A stretch of 63,334 nt of DNA, the filler included, from Candidatus Coatesbacteria bacterium (GTDB lineage Bacteria > JAFGND01), in NCBI GenBank assembly GCA_016927185.1. It is 3 parts of 3 records of this genome, joined end to end, with 100 filler letters (N's around TTAATTAATTAA, not from the genome) between each part and the next. Parts side by side here need not be neighbours in the genome. Positions count along the whole stretch, not along the records: positions 18,751 to 43,550 come from JAFGND010000010.1; 2 more parts are not named here. One strand, 5' to 3'. Positions 22,570 to 33,309 of the stretch are shown here, in pieces; the stretch's first letter is position 1, and each line of letters opens with the position of its first letter. A program made the position numbers and the translations under genes. The notes beneath the pieces are model-generated. The model was not told where the DNA came from. It worked only from the letters and a program-made list of their open reading frames with translations, and searched no databases.

Positions 22570-23508
22570 TCATCCCATCAAGGGAATTCCCTTGAAAAGA
22601 ATTTTCAATGCTATTGAATAATTCTCGCTTTCATATGCAAGAGCAGCAGCATTTTTTCCATCTTTATCTTTTATATTGCTATCTGCTCCCTTTTTTAAAA
22701 GCAGAACAGCAATCTCTTCCTTTCCATCAAAAGCGGTTCTCATCAACGAAGTCCAGCCAAGCTCTTCTGTTGCATTAATATCCGCCCCGTTTTCAAGCAG
22801 GAATGCTACTATTTCAGTATATCCACCGGAAGCAGCAAACATCAATGCAGTCCATCCATTCTTGCATTTCTCATTGACATTCATTCCCTTCTTGACCATA
22901 AGCTTGACTATTTCAATGGAACCACCTGATGCAGCATACATAAGCACTGTCTCACCATCTATGAATTTTGCCTTGTAGTCTGCCCCTTTTTCTATAAGAT
23001 AAGATACTATCTCTTTATGTCCTCCCTCAGCAGCATCCATCAAAGCTGTCTGGCCATCAACATTTTTAGCATTTATCTTAGCCCCTTTTTCTACAAGAAT
23101 CTTGACTATTTCAAAATGACCTTCTTTGGCTGCTTCCATCAAGGCAGTATTTCCCCAGTCATTATCTGTATCATTTACCTCAGCTCCTTTTTCGAGAAGC
23201 GCTTTAACTATATCAATATTACCGCTTCCTGATGCCGACATGAGAGCAGTCCATCCGGTTTCATCCTTCAGGTTTACATCAGCCTTTTTTTCAAGGAGAA
23301 AAGATACCACTTCATAATGACTGTTTGAACATGCAGCCATGAGTGCAGTTTCGCCTTCCTCTGTTCTTGCATTTACCTTGACTCCCTTATTAATATAGTT
23401 TTTTGCCTTTTCCAGATCCCCATCACCAGCTGCTTCAATAAAATCCTCTTCTTTCTGAGCTGTGAAAAGAGTAGAAAAAGCCATCAATAAAACCATTATG
23501 TATTTCAT
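22570..23508 (-). CDS. Secreted ankyrin-repeat protein
   Basis: About eight G.TALM.A...G..EIV..L...GA.VN repeats. Signal peptide. Confidence 0.95.
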   Translation of the reverse strand: MKYIMVLLMAFSTLFTAQKEEDFIEAAGDGDLEKAKNYINKGVKVNARTEEGETALMAACSNSHYEVVSFLLEKKADVNLKDETGWTALMSASGSGNIDIVKALLEKGAEVNDTDNDWGNTALMEAAKEGHFEIVKILVEKGAKINAKNVDGQTALMDAAEGGHKEIVSYLIEKGADYKAKFIDGETVLMYAASGGSIEIVKLMVKKGMNVNEKCKNGWTALMFAASGGYTEIVAFLLENGADINATEELGWTSLMRTAFDGKEEIAVLLLKKGADSNIKDKDGKNAAALAYESENYSIALKILFKGIPLMG

Positions 23509-23529
23509 GTCAATCCATGCTTTCTTTTT

Positions 23530-25347
23530 TTAGTGCAACATTTTATGGTGTTTGAGCTTGTTCCATTTCAAGGTAATCCTAAGTCCACCCAGTTCAGAAG
23601 TCTCCACTTCAATTTTACCATTCCAGTTGTCTATTATTTTCTTCACGATTGCCAATCCTGCGCCTGTTCCCTCTACATTATTGGCATGAAGCCTACCAAA
23701 AATGCTGAAAGCCTTGTCTATCATGCTGAAAGGAATGTTTGGACCATTATCTTCAACAGATAAGCAATACAGGTCGTTTTCTTCATAAATCTTCAGGAAT
23801 ATTCTGGGTTCATTTATTGTCTTGGAGAATTTATATGCATTATTTATGAGATTGGAAAGCAACTGAAAAAGTCTTTTTTCACTTATATATAATCTTGATA
23901 TGGAGAGCTCTACTGTTATGAACTCTCTTAAAGAAGGAAGTGTCTGTTCGAGAAGAACAATAACTTCAGGTATCATCTTCTTAAGATCGATCCATTCCTT
24001 TTTATCTTCGTATCTCCCTATGATTGCTATAGAGAAAAGGTCTTGAAGCAAGTCACTCAGTTTATCAGTTGAAGTAACAAGCTCCTTGTAATAAGGATAG
24101 TCCTTGTTTAAATGCTGTACCTTGATAAGCTGGAGAAAGCCTTGAAGGGCAATCACAGGAGATTTTATATCGTGGGAAATAACTGATATAATCTCTTTCA
24201 AATCATTATTCGCTTTTTCAAGTGAAGTCAATGTATTTTTCAGCATCAAGGTTCTTTCCTCTACTTGTTCTTCCAGGTGTTTCGCATTTTCCGCTAGTTT
24301 CTTTTCTATCTCAATTTTCTCAGTTATATCCCTTATTGTTCCGATTATTGTCTTTTTCCCTTCAAACTCTATCATACCAACATTGGTTTCAACCATCTTG
24401 ATGCTGCCGTTTCCAGTCTTGATTTCAAAGCTATAAATAGAAGGGGTGCCATTGAAATCCTTGAGTTTCCTTTTATAACTATTAACAAGTTTCTTCTTAT
24501 ATGAAGTAGTTGCCAACTGGGTAATTTTTATTTTATCAAGATCCTTGTATTCATATTCAAATATTTCTAGAAAGGCTTTATTTACATCTATTATCTTATT
24601 ATCCTGGATTACAAAATACCCATCATTTATATGCTCCACAAGATTATGGTATCTCAGGGTTGAATAATCTAGTGCGGATGCAGTCTGCCTTAGAAGCGTA
24701 GTGTCATATACAAGGCACAAGAAATAAGTAGCTTTTACAATACCTATCTGCTTTATTGAAAAAATGCTCCAGAAGCTCAATCCGTCATCCCTTGTCCTTT
24801 CAATCTCCATCTGAAAGAACTCCTTTTCCTTTGCTTCATCAAGAGCTTTGAAGAAGGATTTTTCCTTACCCTTGAAAAGCCAGGGTAATCCCTTTCCTAT
24901 CAATTCATCCAGTCTTTTCCCATGAATTTTTGCAAAATACCTGTTAAGGTAAACTATCTTTCCATCACTATCTATTATTGCAACTCCATGATCTACATTT
25001 GTTAATGCATTCGTTATAAGATATGATGGTAATTCAGGGAAAAGATGAATCGTCCAGAATCTGTAACCATCCTGGTTATACATCGGGGTGAATTTCCCTG
25101 TAATCAGGAAACTGCCTTTGGAGAAAACCCCGGTGAACTGCTCTGTCTCATTAAGCAGTCTTTTTCTAAGGTTCTCATTGGGAATTTCCTCCTTGTCGAA
25201 AACGGAAAGGAAGAAAAGCAAATGAAAAAAAGCAGAATTGAATAAATCCATTGAATTATCCGTTTCTGAAACACCCCATATAGGATCAGTAGAAACCTCA
25301 ATCCATGAATTTGACTTGATGTCACTCATATTTTCTTCAATAGGCAT
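23530..25347 (-). CDS. PAS-PAS sensor histidine kinase
   Basis: Two PAS domains. H-box SHDIKSP, N-box NLINNAYKF, VEDNG, GTGAGL. Confidence 0.92.
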   Translation of the reverse strand: MPIEENMSDIKSNSWIEVSTDPIWGVSETDNSMDLFNSAFFHLLFFLSVFDKEEIPNENLRKRLLNETEQFTGVFSKGSFLITGKFTPMYNQDGYRFWTIHLFPELPSYLITNALTNVDHGVAIIDSDGKIVYLNRYFAKIHGKRLDELIGKGLPWLFKGKEKSFFKALDEAKEKEFFQMEIERTRDDGLSFWSIFSIKQIGIVKATYFLCLVYDTTLLRQTASALDYSTLRYHNLVEHINDGYFVIQDNKIIDVNKAFLEIFEYEYKDLDKIKITQLATTSYKKKLVNSYKRKLKDFNGTPSIYSFEIKTGNGSIKMVETNVGMIEFEGKKTIIGTIRDITEKIEIEKKLAENAKHLEEQVEERTLMLKNTLTSLEKANNDLKEIISVISHDIKSPVIALQGFLQLIKVQHLNKDYPYYKELVTSTDKLSDLLQDLFSIAIIGRYEDKKEWIDLKKMIPEVIVLLEQTLPSLREFITVELSISRLYISEKRLFQLLSNLINNAYKFSKTINEPRIFLKIYEENDLYCLSVEDNGPNIPFSMIDKAFSIFGRLHANNVEGTGAGLAIVKKIIDNWNGKIEVETSELGGLRITLKWNKLKHHKMLH

Positions 25348-25415
25348 CTATGTACCTGACTATAATTAGTCAAGCAGAATATGAAACGATTCTGATGAAC
25401 ATTCTAAACTGAACG

Positions 25416-27115
25416 TCATTTTTCGAAATTCCATGGCTTGAAAGCTTTGCCATGCAAAAGTATCAATAGAAGTTTAGCTCTTGACATTGAGACATAAAGC
25501 ATCTTTTGATCAATCGCAGAATCCTCTATGTCAAAAATTATTACTATATCAGATTCCAGCCCCTTGAAGTTCCAGGAATTGGATATCCTTATTGTATCTG
25601 CCTGATATTTGAAGTCATAAGGAACTACCTTGTATTTTCCTAAAAAATCTCCTGCTTTTATTGAGGATCTGGAATTCTCCTTCAACGAATGAGTTCCCAG
25701 CAGTACAATCTGAGACATGTTTATCTTTTCAGATAAAAGCTTGTTTAAAATTCCTTCTATTATCTTTTTCTGTTCAGATGGCTTTTCATACTGCCTGAAA
25801 ACCACATTCTGTCCATCAGGAATTTCTGAATGGCACTGGCATTCAGTATTGAATGCCTTTTTTATTTCCCTGAATATATTCCTGCTGTTCCTGAGATCAT
25901 AACTCAAGATGAGATTTGGTCCTTCGAAAGGAAACCTGAAAGACTCAGATTCTCTCTCTCTGTCGAACAGCAACTGCTTGGGATCGTAAAAAATGAACCA
26001 GCTGCCATCTTTATGAAGCATTTCCTCAATTGCATTCCACCAGTTATAACAAACAAAATCCTGTCCTTCATCTATTATTATCAAATCGAAGAAAAGAGAC
26101 TTTCTTGAAAGAGCTTCTATAAGCAATTCCGGAGCTGTGTTTAACCAGAACTCCTTACTTTTCTGGAAAGCATCAAATTCCACCATGGTTTCATCACAAT
26201 AATGTTTTATGAAACCATGAAAACTTCCAGCTCTTATATTCTCTGTTTTCCTGTTTCTTCAAAAAGATAATATCCAAGAAGTCTGTTATAACAGAGCAGG
26301 AGCACTTTCTTCCCCATGGATGCATTTCTCTTCGCAATTTCAAGTGCTATTACTGTCTTGCCTGTACCAGCTGCTCCCCTGATAAGAAGTCTCTTGTTAA
26401 AATCAGTATTTATCTTTATTACATTCGCCTGTTCTATTGTAGCATTAATGAATTTTGTTTCATCATAAGCAAACATTTCCTCCAGTGAAATCCTTTCAAT
26501 AATATCTTTTTCAGGGAAAAGCACGTCCCTTACCAGAAAATCAACTTCCTTTTTATTGAGGGGACTTTTCATTTGCTTACTCCCACTCCAGAAATCGTAT
26601 ATATTGTCTATTTTTTGCTTGATACTGTTGATACCTTTATGGTCTATTATCATTTTTTCATCGAATGAAATTGCAGATGATTTGAATATGCCATTCGGAA
26701 AAATAACACCATATCCATAACAAAAAGGCAGCTCATCAATCCACTTGAAATTATTTTTCTTCAATATTATGTCTTTTATGCTATACATGTTTATCTTGGC
26801 TTGATTGAAAGGATCCTTTATCTTGTTTATCTCACCTTTATGGTTTTCTGAATAAAATGCCCCCTTTTCTATGAATATTCTCCTTCCTCCCTTTATTTCC
26901 AGGAAAAGCATTCCTTTTTCCTTGTTCAATACTATTATATCAACCTCTCCATGAGCAGGGATATTGTTTGAATCTTTCCTGTTTATATATGCAATGGAAT
27001 AGAAAACCATGTAGTCATCCGGAAGGGATTTCTCCATGGTTTCCAGTACTGTTAGTTCTGATTCAGGAATGCTCTTTTTATAATAACCTACCGATCCAGG
27101 AAACATCTTTGCCAT
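25416..27115 (-). pseudogene. NERD (PD-(D/E)xK) nuclease fused to an SF1 helicase, split into two ORFs by a 1-nt frameshift near 26245-26252
   Basis: ORF1 has GEVDII..FLEIKG, DPFNQA and Walker A GAAGTGKT. ORF2 has IIDEGQD, FKGLESD and LYVSMSRA. The -1 frame is open across the junction (TENIRAGSFHGF, motif Ib-like). The shift may be an error, decay or recoding. Confidence 0.8.
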
Positions 27116-27144
27116 TTCAATTCCTTTTTTCAAGATTTGTTCTT

Positions 27145-28044
27145 TTAAAAAAACAGGCTTGCATGAACAAATTTGTCATCAAGAATGGTTAGATATCCCT
27201 TAACCTGTTTTTTGTCAACCTCAAACAAATCAGCTCTTTCCCTCTTCACTGACTTGTCAGGCTTGACTGATTTCAGGTTTTCAAGGATTTCTTCTGGCAA
27301 GTCTTTCTCACTCTTCTTTTCCTTTTCGGCAAACAGAGCTTCCTGTGTATATGAATTTATGAGTTTTTCCCAGTATTTTTTAAGCATATCATTATTATTG
27401 AATGCTTCAAGAAGAACTGCCTTGTCATTTATGAATACAAGCATTCCAGCCATTTTCCTGTCTTTCTCTGGCATTTCCTTGAATGCTTTCAGGTATTCAA
27501 GACTTTCTTCCCTGTATTTCTTTGAATCAAAGCTGTCTGTAAGAGATTCAGTTGGACTTTCACAATGTAAAGCACTGTTGAGTATTGATATATTTCTCCA
27601 TAATTTCGATTGCTTGAAATGGACTCCTTCATACTTATTGATAATATCAAATCTCATTTTAGGTGAAATGGCACATTTGGTTGCGCCAAAATCCCTTGTT
27701 CTATATGACCATCTCCCTCTTTCTACGCAATAAACCTCACTATCCAGTTTGCATTCCTTTTTCCCGAGAATTATGTCATATCCTATTGTCCTGTTTTGCT
27801 TGGCTCCTGCAATTATTTCCCCTGCAAGTATAAGAATTTCTTCTTCTGTTTTCCCTTTTTCAATCACGAGATTGTTCACATTACCAGATTCACTTTCCTC
27901 TCTTATTTTTATATGCTTTTTTTCCAATGCTTCTTCAAGTCCTTCAAGGAATATTTCATCTTCCTTCCCAACATAAACTGGATATACTTTCATATTCTTG
28001 TATTCCCTTGCATTACCTATTTTTATACCTGACAAAACTTCCAT
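27145..28044 (-). CDS. ARPP-1 / DUF6569 family protein
   Basis: EAL....I.I.E....G.VN.L, GEIIAGAKQNR, CVERGRW, QSKLW, G.LVFIN...LEAF. Confidence 0.8.
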   Translation of the reverse strand: MEVLSGIKIGNAREYKNMKVYPVYVGKEDEIFLEGLEEALEKKHIKIREESESGNVNNLVIEKGKTEEEILILAGEIIAGAKQNRTIGYDIILGKKECKLDSEVYCVERGRWSYRTRDFGATKCAISPKMRFDIINKYEGVHFKQSKLWRNISILNSALHCESPTESLTDSFDSKKYREESLEYLKAFKEMPEKDRKMAGMLVFINDKAVLLEAFNNNDMLKKYWEKLINSYTQEALFAEKEKKSEKDLPEEILENLKSVKPDKSVKRERADLFEVDKKQVKGYLTILDDKFVHASLFF

Positions 28045-28167
28045 CTTTTCCTCCTTGTTTTATTAATTCCTCTAATGTTTTTATATTTTCATCATCTTTA
28101 GCTATTACTAAGCTAATGTCACTATAACCATTATAAATCTTCTTGCAATAGATATAACAGTAACATG

Positions 28168-28581
28168 TTAAATCTCAATAGGTTTAATTTTGCCTGCTTT
28201 TACTAGTTGATCGTAATAATGCAGCCAATCTTGATCCTTACTTTCTAGAAAGATCTCTCTTGACATAGCTGAGCTATTGACAGTCTCAATAAAATACTTC
28301 TCAAGATTATCCTGGAAATATTCTTGAAATTTATTTTCAGGAATTTCCATCTCTTTAAAAGTGAAATCCCACAAAGCTGTCTTCTGCATATTAGCCTTCA
28401 TTAATAATACCCCGCCATTACTTAATGTCCTTAAAAGCCCAGCTGATGTTTCTTCTAATATCCTTATATATTTTTTTGCTTTTTCAATATCATCAACATC
28501 ATTTTTGTAGGAATCTATAATTTTCTTAAATCTTTCTTTATCCATTTCTTTCTCCTTTAATAATAATAGCGCATAAATCAT
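28168..28581 (-). CDS. Hypothetical protein
   Basis: 137-aa ORF. The start may be the internal MDKERF, which follows AAGGAG. Confidence 0.6.
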   Translation of the reverse strand: MIYALLLLKEKEMDKERFKKIIDSYKNDVDDIEKAKKYIRILEETSAGLLRTLSNGGVLLMKANMQKTALWDFTFKEMEIPENKFQEYFQDNLEKYFIETVNSSAMSREIFLESKDQDWLHYYDQLVKAGKIKPIEI

Positions 28582-28689
28582 GCCATTTTTGAAATCTCTG
28601 TTATCATTATGATATTCATATGATTATGCATGTCAATTTATGCTAAGATAAAATGTAGATAAATAATTTTTGGCTAGAGAGAAGATAAG

Positions 28690-29004
28690 TTAATAATGGA
28701 TCTTCTTAACAAGCAGGATTTCATAACCTCCAAGTCTTATCTTTTGCCCTGGATAACCTTCACTCCATTCAAGTTTTGACTTCAGGATGGAGTATTCCTC
28801 TCCAATAATGAAAACTGGATGTATAGATTCTGTTTCTTCATCATTCCAGACAAAATATGCCTTAGTCTTTAATCTGAAAACCGTGAACAAACCGGTATCT
28901 TCAATAATAGCACATACATATTCAAATTGCAGGTCATCTTTTTCCCTGCCTTTTGACACAGAGAAAATCCTGCTGTAATGTATGTTTCCTTTTTTCAGTT
29001 TCAT
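28690..29004 (-). CDS. Hypothetical protein
   Basis: 104-aa ORF with no recognisable motif. Confidence 0.45.
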   Translation of the reverse strand: MKLKKGNIHYSRIFSVSKGREKDDLQFEYVCAIIEDTGLFTVFRLKTKAYFVWNDEETESIHPVFIIGEEYSILKSKLEWSEGYPGQKIRLGGYEILLVKKIHY

Positions 29005-29156
29005 TAAAGTAGCTAAAGGCTAATTTAAACTATTTAGTCAAGTCGAAAAATAGATGGATAAAACTTGTCATTTGCCTGTTTGTTGAAACAAAATCAGTTT
29101 TTGCTTGCAATTAATACTGCAATTTCGGGTTTTAATAAAAATTTAAAAGGAAGTTC

Positions 29157-32100
29157 ATGCATCCTTATATACCAGTATTTATTCACGACAAGTTAAGGCA
29201 AAATGAAATATCAGGAGAATTCAATGCTTTTGTAATGTTTTGCGATATTTCCGGGTTTACTCCCCTTACAGAGACTTTGCTGAAATATGGAAAACCTGGA
29301 AGCGAGATATTAATTAGAATCCTCAGCAAGATATTCAATCCGATGGTTGATACCATATATTCAAACAGGGGATTCATTGCAACATTCGGTGGTGATGCCT
29401 TTTATGCAATTTTCATACATGATGATATTTCGATATCCAGAAAAGAGGCATTCGCTTTTTCAATGAATTCAGCAAATGAAATCCTGCATTTTTTTGAAAG
29501 AGAAGGTATTATAGAAACAGATATGGGAAGTTATAAATTATCTGTAAAAATGGGAATTGCAGAAGGACTTGTTAAATGGGGTATTCTGGGAAATGAGAAT
29601 GGAAGAGGTTATTATTTCAGGGGTAATGCAATAGATGAAGCGGCAGAAATGGAACATAAGACTTCCAAAGGGAATTATACCCTGTCTGAAAAGCTTAAAA
29701 GAGATTTTACAGACACTTTCCAGCCTGACGAAATTGCTTCAATAAGCAGTACAGATATTCCTGATGATGTGCTGAAGGAATTCTTTCCAGACGAGTTTGT
29801 AATCTGGGAAAAGGGAGAATTCAGGCAAATTGTGTCCATTTTTATTCCTCTTGAGGGAGACTTCAATCATGACCTTATAGACAGGATATTCAGGTTGACT
29901 TTTGCAGAGGTTGCCTTGTTTGACGGCTTCCTTTCAAGACTCAGCTTCGGAGACAAGGGAGCAATGATGCTCATTTTCTTTGGTTTCCCGACAAGTCATG
30001 AGGATGACATAAAAAGAGCTCTCTCTTTTGCTGATGAATGGAGAAAAAAGCTTGTTGATGAACACATAGCTGTTTTCTACAGGATGGGAATTACATATGG
30101 TCTTGCATATGCAGGAGTATCAGGTGGAGAAAGAAGGAGTGAGCTGACCTGTCTTGGTGATGTTGTCAATTTTGCAGCAAGGCTGGCATTTGCCGGAGAA
30201 AAAAATGAGATCTACTGCAGTGATATGATTGCAGAAAAAGCCAGCTCTTTTGCTCAGGTACCGCTCTCCTTTGCAAGGAAATTCAAGGGAAAAAGTGATA
30301 TATTACCTGTTTACAGATTCATTAAACTCAAGAAAGTCGATCAGCAAAGATTTTTCAAATCTCCGATGATAGGAAGGGAAAAGGAACTGAAACAGGTAAA
30401 AGAGATAATTCAGGATACCATTATCAACAAGCAATTTGGAGGCATAATCTATATTAATGGGGAATCTGGTATTGGTAAGAGCAGACTGGTGCATGAGATA
30501 AAAAACTGGGCAGAAAATGAGCTTAAGATAAACTGGCTTCACATACCTTGTGATGGAGTAGTAGAAAGACCCTGGAATGGCATCAAGCAATGGCTTAAGA
30601 GTTTCTTTGAAATTGGGGATGAGATAAAAAAAGAGGATGTTGGGAAATTCATGTCAAAAATCAATGAAATCTGCGAAGACAGGGAAATAGATGACATGAT
30701 AAGGAGGGAGATATCAAGGACAAGCTCTTTGATTGCAGCAGAGATTGGCATTCATATGGAGAATTCCCTGTATGAAAAGCTGGACTCAAGGCTGAGGTTA
30801 GAAAATTTCATAATAGGATTGAAGGAGCTTATAAAAGCTCTTTCAATAAAGAATCCAACTATTATTGAAATAGAGGATGGTCAGTGGATAGACAGTTCTA
30901 CAGAAGAATTCCTGCTTCCATTGACAAGAAATGTCAATGATTTTCCTTTCCTTGTTTTAATAACAAGCAGATACATGGAAGATGGCGAACCTGTGAATTT
31001 CAGGATTTCGCGTGGTTGCAGTATTGAAGAGATAGATTTAAAGCCACTTAGTGAAGGTTGTGAAAATGCATTCGCAGTAAACATCCTTGGAAAAGGACAG
31101 CTTTCACAGGAAATACTTGATCTGCTAAAGAAAACTGCATATGGTAATCCATTCTATATAGAGCAGCTTCTGAGACATCTTCAGGATACAGGTGCAGTTG
31201 AGCTGAGAAACGGGAAATGGGAGATAACAAGCAACAAGATTGAGCTGCCATCAAGCATAGATCAGGTTATAATAGCAAGGATTGATTCTCTTGGCATACA
31301 AACAAAGGAGATTCTCCAGCATGCAAGTATAATTGGGCAGAGATTTGCTATAAAGCTGCTTTCAGAGATGCTCAAAGATTATCCTGTTTATGAATATCTG
31401 TCTTCTGCACACAAGAAAGCCCAGCTTGTATATCCTGAAGACATGAATGAGGAGTTCCATAACCTGATTTACCTGTTCTCTCATGCATTGATAAGAAATG
31501 TAGTCTATGACATGCAGCTCGCTGAAACAAAACAGAAACTTCATAAGAATGTAATGCATCTAATAGAGGAAATGTTCAAGGATAATCTTGTGGAATGGTA
31601 TGAAGATTTATATAATCATGCCAGAATGAGTGAAGATGAAGAAAAACTGAAGTATTATCTTGAAAAATCAGGTGATTTACATAGATATAATTACAGACAT
31701 AAGGAAGCAATTGAAAGATATCAGGAATTGCTGAACCTTGACATTACCCTTGAAACAAAAATAGATATTTTGCTGAAACTGTCTAGTATTTATTCATCAA
31801 TTGGTCCATATTCAAAAGGAGTTGAGTATTGCAGAACTGCACTTGAATATTTTGGAGATAGTGATAACAAGAAGCTTCTTGCTAACATATATCATTACTA
31901 TGCAAGAATACTAAGCCTGTCCGGGAATAATGACATGGCTCTTGATTATATAAAACAAGCATGCGAAATATTTCTAGAGTATAATGAAGAGGGAAGTTAT
32001 GCTGATTCATTATCATTTCTTGGTGGAATACTTATAAACAAGAGTGAATTTTCATCGGCCAGGAATAAGTTTATGAAAGCCTTTGATATTTATGAGAAGA

Positions 32101-33290
32101 AGAATTTCCAGAAGGGCAAGGTAAATTGCACAGATAGCATCATATCAACTTATGTTCTTACAGGCAGAATTGATGATGCCTTGAAATACTGGGAAAAAAG
32201 GAAGGATATAATTGAAACAGGTTATGATCTTAGTACAGAAGTAAGGATAAAGAATAATCTCGGAAGGATTTTTGCAGATTCGGATTTGGAAAAAGCCGAG
32301 GAATATTTCAGAGATGCTATGAGAATTTCCGAAGAAATGGGTGACAGGACTCTTGAATCAATGACAATAAATAACCTGGCAATAATCAGCCAGAAAAGAG
32401 GTGATTTCAGAACTGCCATAGAAATTTTCAATAAAAGTGCGGAAATAAGCAAGGAAGTCGGTAATATAAGACTCATGGGAAGAGCATTTTATAATATAGG
32501 TACATGTCATGAACAACTTTTCGAGTATGACAAGGCAATAGATTGTCACAATAAATACATAGAAATGAGCAGGATTTTCAGCTCAAAAAGTGCAGAAGGG
32601 GCATCTGTATATGCACTTGGAAATATATACAGGAATATGGGAAAATATGATACTGCAAGAGATTGCTTCAAAAATCTTCATGAATTAAGTGTTGAAATAA
32701 AGGAACCGATAGACATATTACTTTCATTGATTGTACTTGTTGACATTCTTTTCCTGCTCAATGATTTCGATGGAGTTGAAAAATACTATCAAATAGCTTT
32801 ATCACAGGATTTTGAAAAAACTGAATTGGGGAATGATTTTAAAATCCTGGATTTGAAATACAATATTTATAAGGGAAATCTTGTAAATGCTGGAAAACTT
32901 GTAAAACTACTGACTGATACTTCCTGTTGTTTTAATGAAGACATGAAGGGTGATGTTTATTTGTTTTCAGGAAAGTATTATGAGCTTATCTCCGATTTCA
33001 TAACGAGTTATGATTTCTACAGAAAGGCTATTGATGAATTAAAGGAAAGCAATTTGCTTGTTGATTATGCAGATACTTTGATTGAGCTGTCAAGAATGCT
33101 GATGAATTTCAGACATGAATTTTCTTGTGGAGATAAACTAAAGGAATGCAAGGATTTAGAGGAATTCTATAAAAGCCATGATAAAAGCGAAATAATGAAA
33201 TTGTTGAATGAAGCCAGGGATTTCAATGAGAAATGCATGAGATATCACCGCATTTCGGAAATAAATGATCTGATAAGGCAAATTGAATAA
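29157..33290 (+). CDS. Class III adenylate cyclase (tandem C1-C2, sAC-like) with STAND/AAA ATPase and TPR domains
   Basis: FCDISGFT, FGGDA, GDKG, ELTCLGDVVNFAARL. Also IGREKEL, GESGIGKS, IEDGQWID, GNPFYIEQ, then TPRs. Confidence 0.9.
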   Translation: MHPYIPVFIHDKLRQNEISGEFNAFVMFCDISGFTPLTETLLKYGKPGSEILIRILSKIFNPMVDTIYSNRGFIATFGGDAFYAIFIHDDISISRKEAFAFSMNSANEILHFFEREGIIETDMGSYKLSVKMGIAEGLVKWGILGNENGRGYYFRGNAIDEAAEMEHKTSKGNYTLSEKLKRDFTDTFQPDEIASISSTDIPDDVLKEFFPDEFVIWEKGEFRQIVSIFIPLEGDFNHDLIDRIFRLTFAEVALFDGFLSRLSFGDKGAMMLIFFGFPTSHEDDIKRALSFADEWRKKLVDEHIAVFYRMGITYGLAYAGVSGGERRSELTCLGDVVNFAARLAFAGEKNEIYCSDMIAEKASSFAQVPLSFARKFKGKSDILPVYRFIKLKKVDQQRFFKSPMIGREKELKQVKEIIQDTIINKQFGGIIYINGESGIGKSRLVHEIKNWAENELKINWLHIPCDGVVERPWNGIKQWLKSFFEIGDEIKKEDVGKFMSKINEICEDREIDDMIRREISRTSSLIAAEIGIHMENSLYEKLDSRLRLENFIIGLKELIKALSIKNPTIIEIEDGQWIDSSTEEFLLPLTRNVNDFPFLVLITSRYMEDGEPVNFRISRGCSIEEIDLKPLSEGCENAFAVNILGKGQLSQEILDLLKKTAYGNPFYIEQLLRHLQDTGAVELRNGKWEITSNKIELPSSIDQVIIARIDSLGIQTKEILQHASIIGQRFAIKLLSEMLKDYPVYEYLSSAHKKAQLVYPEDMNEEFHNLIYLFSHALIRNVVYDMQLAETKQKLHKNVMHLIEEMFKDNLVEWYEDLYNHARMSEDEEKLKYYLEKSGDLHRYNYRHKEAIERYQELLNLDITLETKIDILLKLSSIYSSIGPYSKGVEYCRTALEYFGDSDNKKLLANIYHYYARILSLSGNNDMALDYIKQACEIFLEYNEEGSYADSLSFLGGILINKSEFSSARNKFMKAFDIYEKKNFQKGKVNCTDSIISTYVLTGRIDDALKYWEKRKDIIETGYDLSTEVRIKNNLGRIFADSDLEKAEEYFRDAMRISEEMGDRTLESMTINNLAIISQKRGDFRTAIEIFNKSAEISKEVGNIRLMGRAFYNIGTCHEQLFEYDKAIDCHNKYIEMSRIFSSKSAEGASVYALGNIYRNMGKYDTARDCFKNLHELSVEIKEPIDILLSLIVLVDILFLLNDFDGVEKYYQIALSQDFEKTELGNDFKILDLKYNIYKGNLVNAGKLVKLLTDTSCCFNEDMKGDVYLFSGKYYELISDFITSYDFYRKAIDELKESNLLVDYADTLIELSRMLMNFRHEFSCGDKLKECKDLEEFYKSHDKSEIMKLLNEARDFNEKCMRYHRISEINDLIRQIE

Positions 33291-33309
33291 TTGCAAGGAT
33301 TTATGTCTT

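Noticed and set aside
22620..23440. Recurring ~99-nt similarity as a DNA repeat array
   Set aside because: Explained by ankyrin protein repeats.
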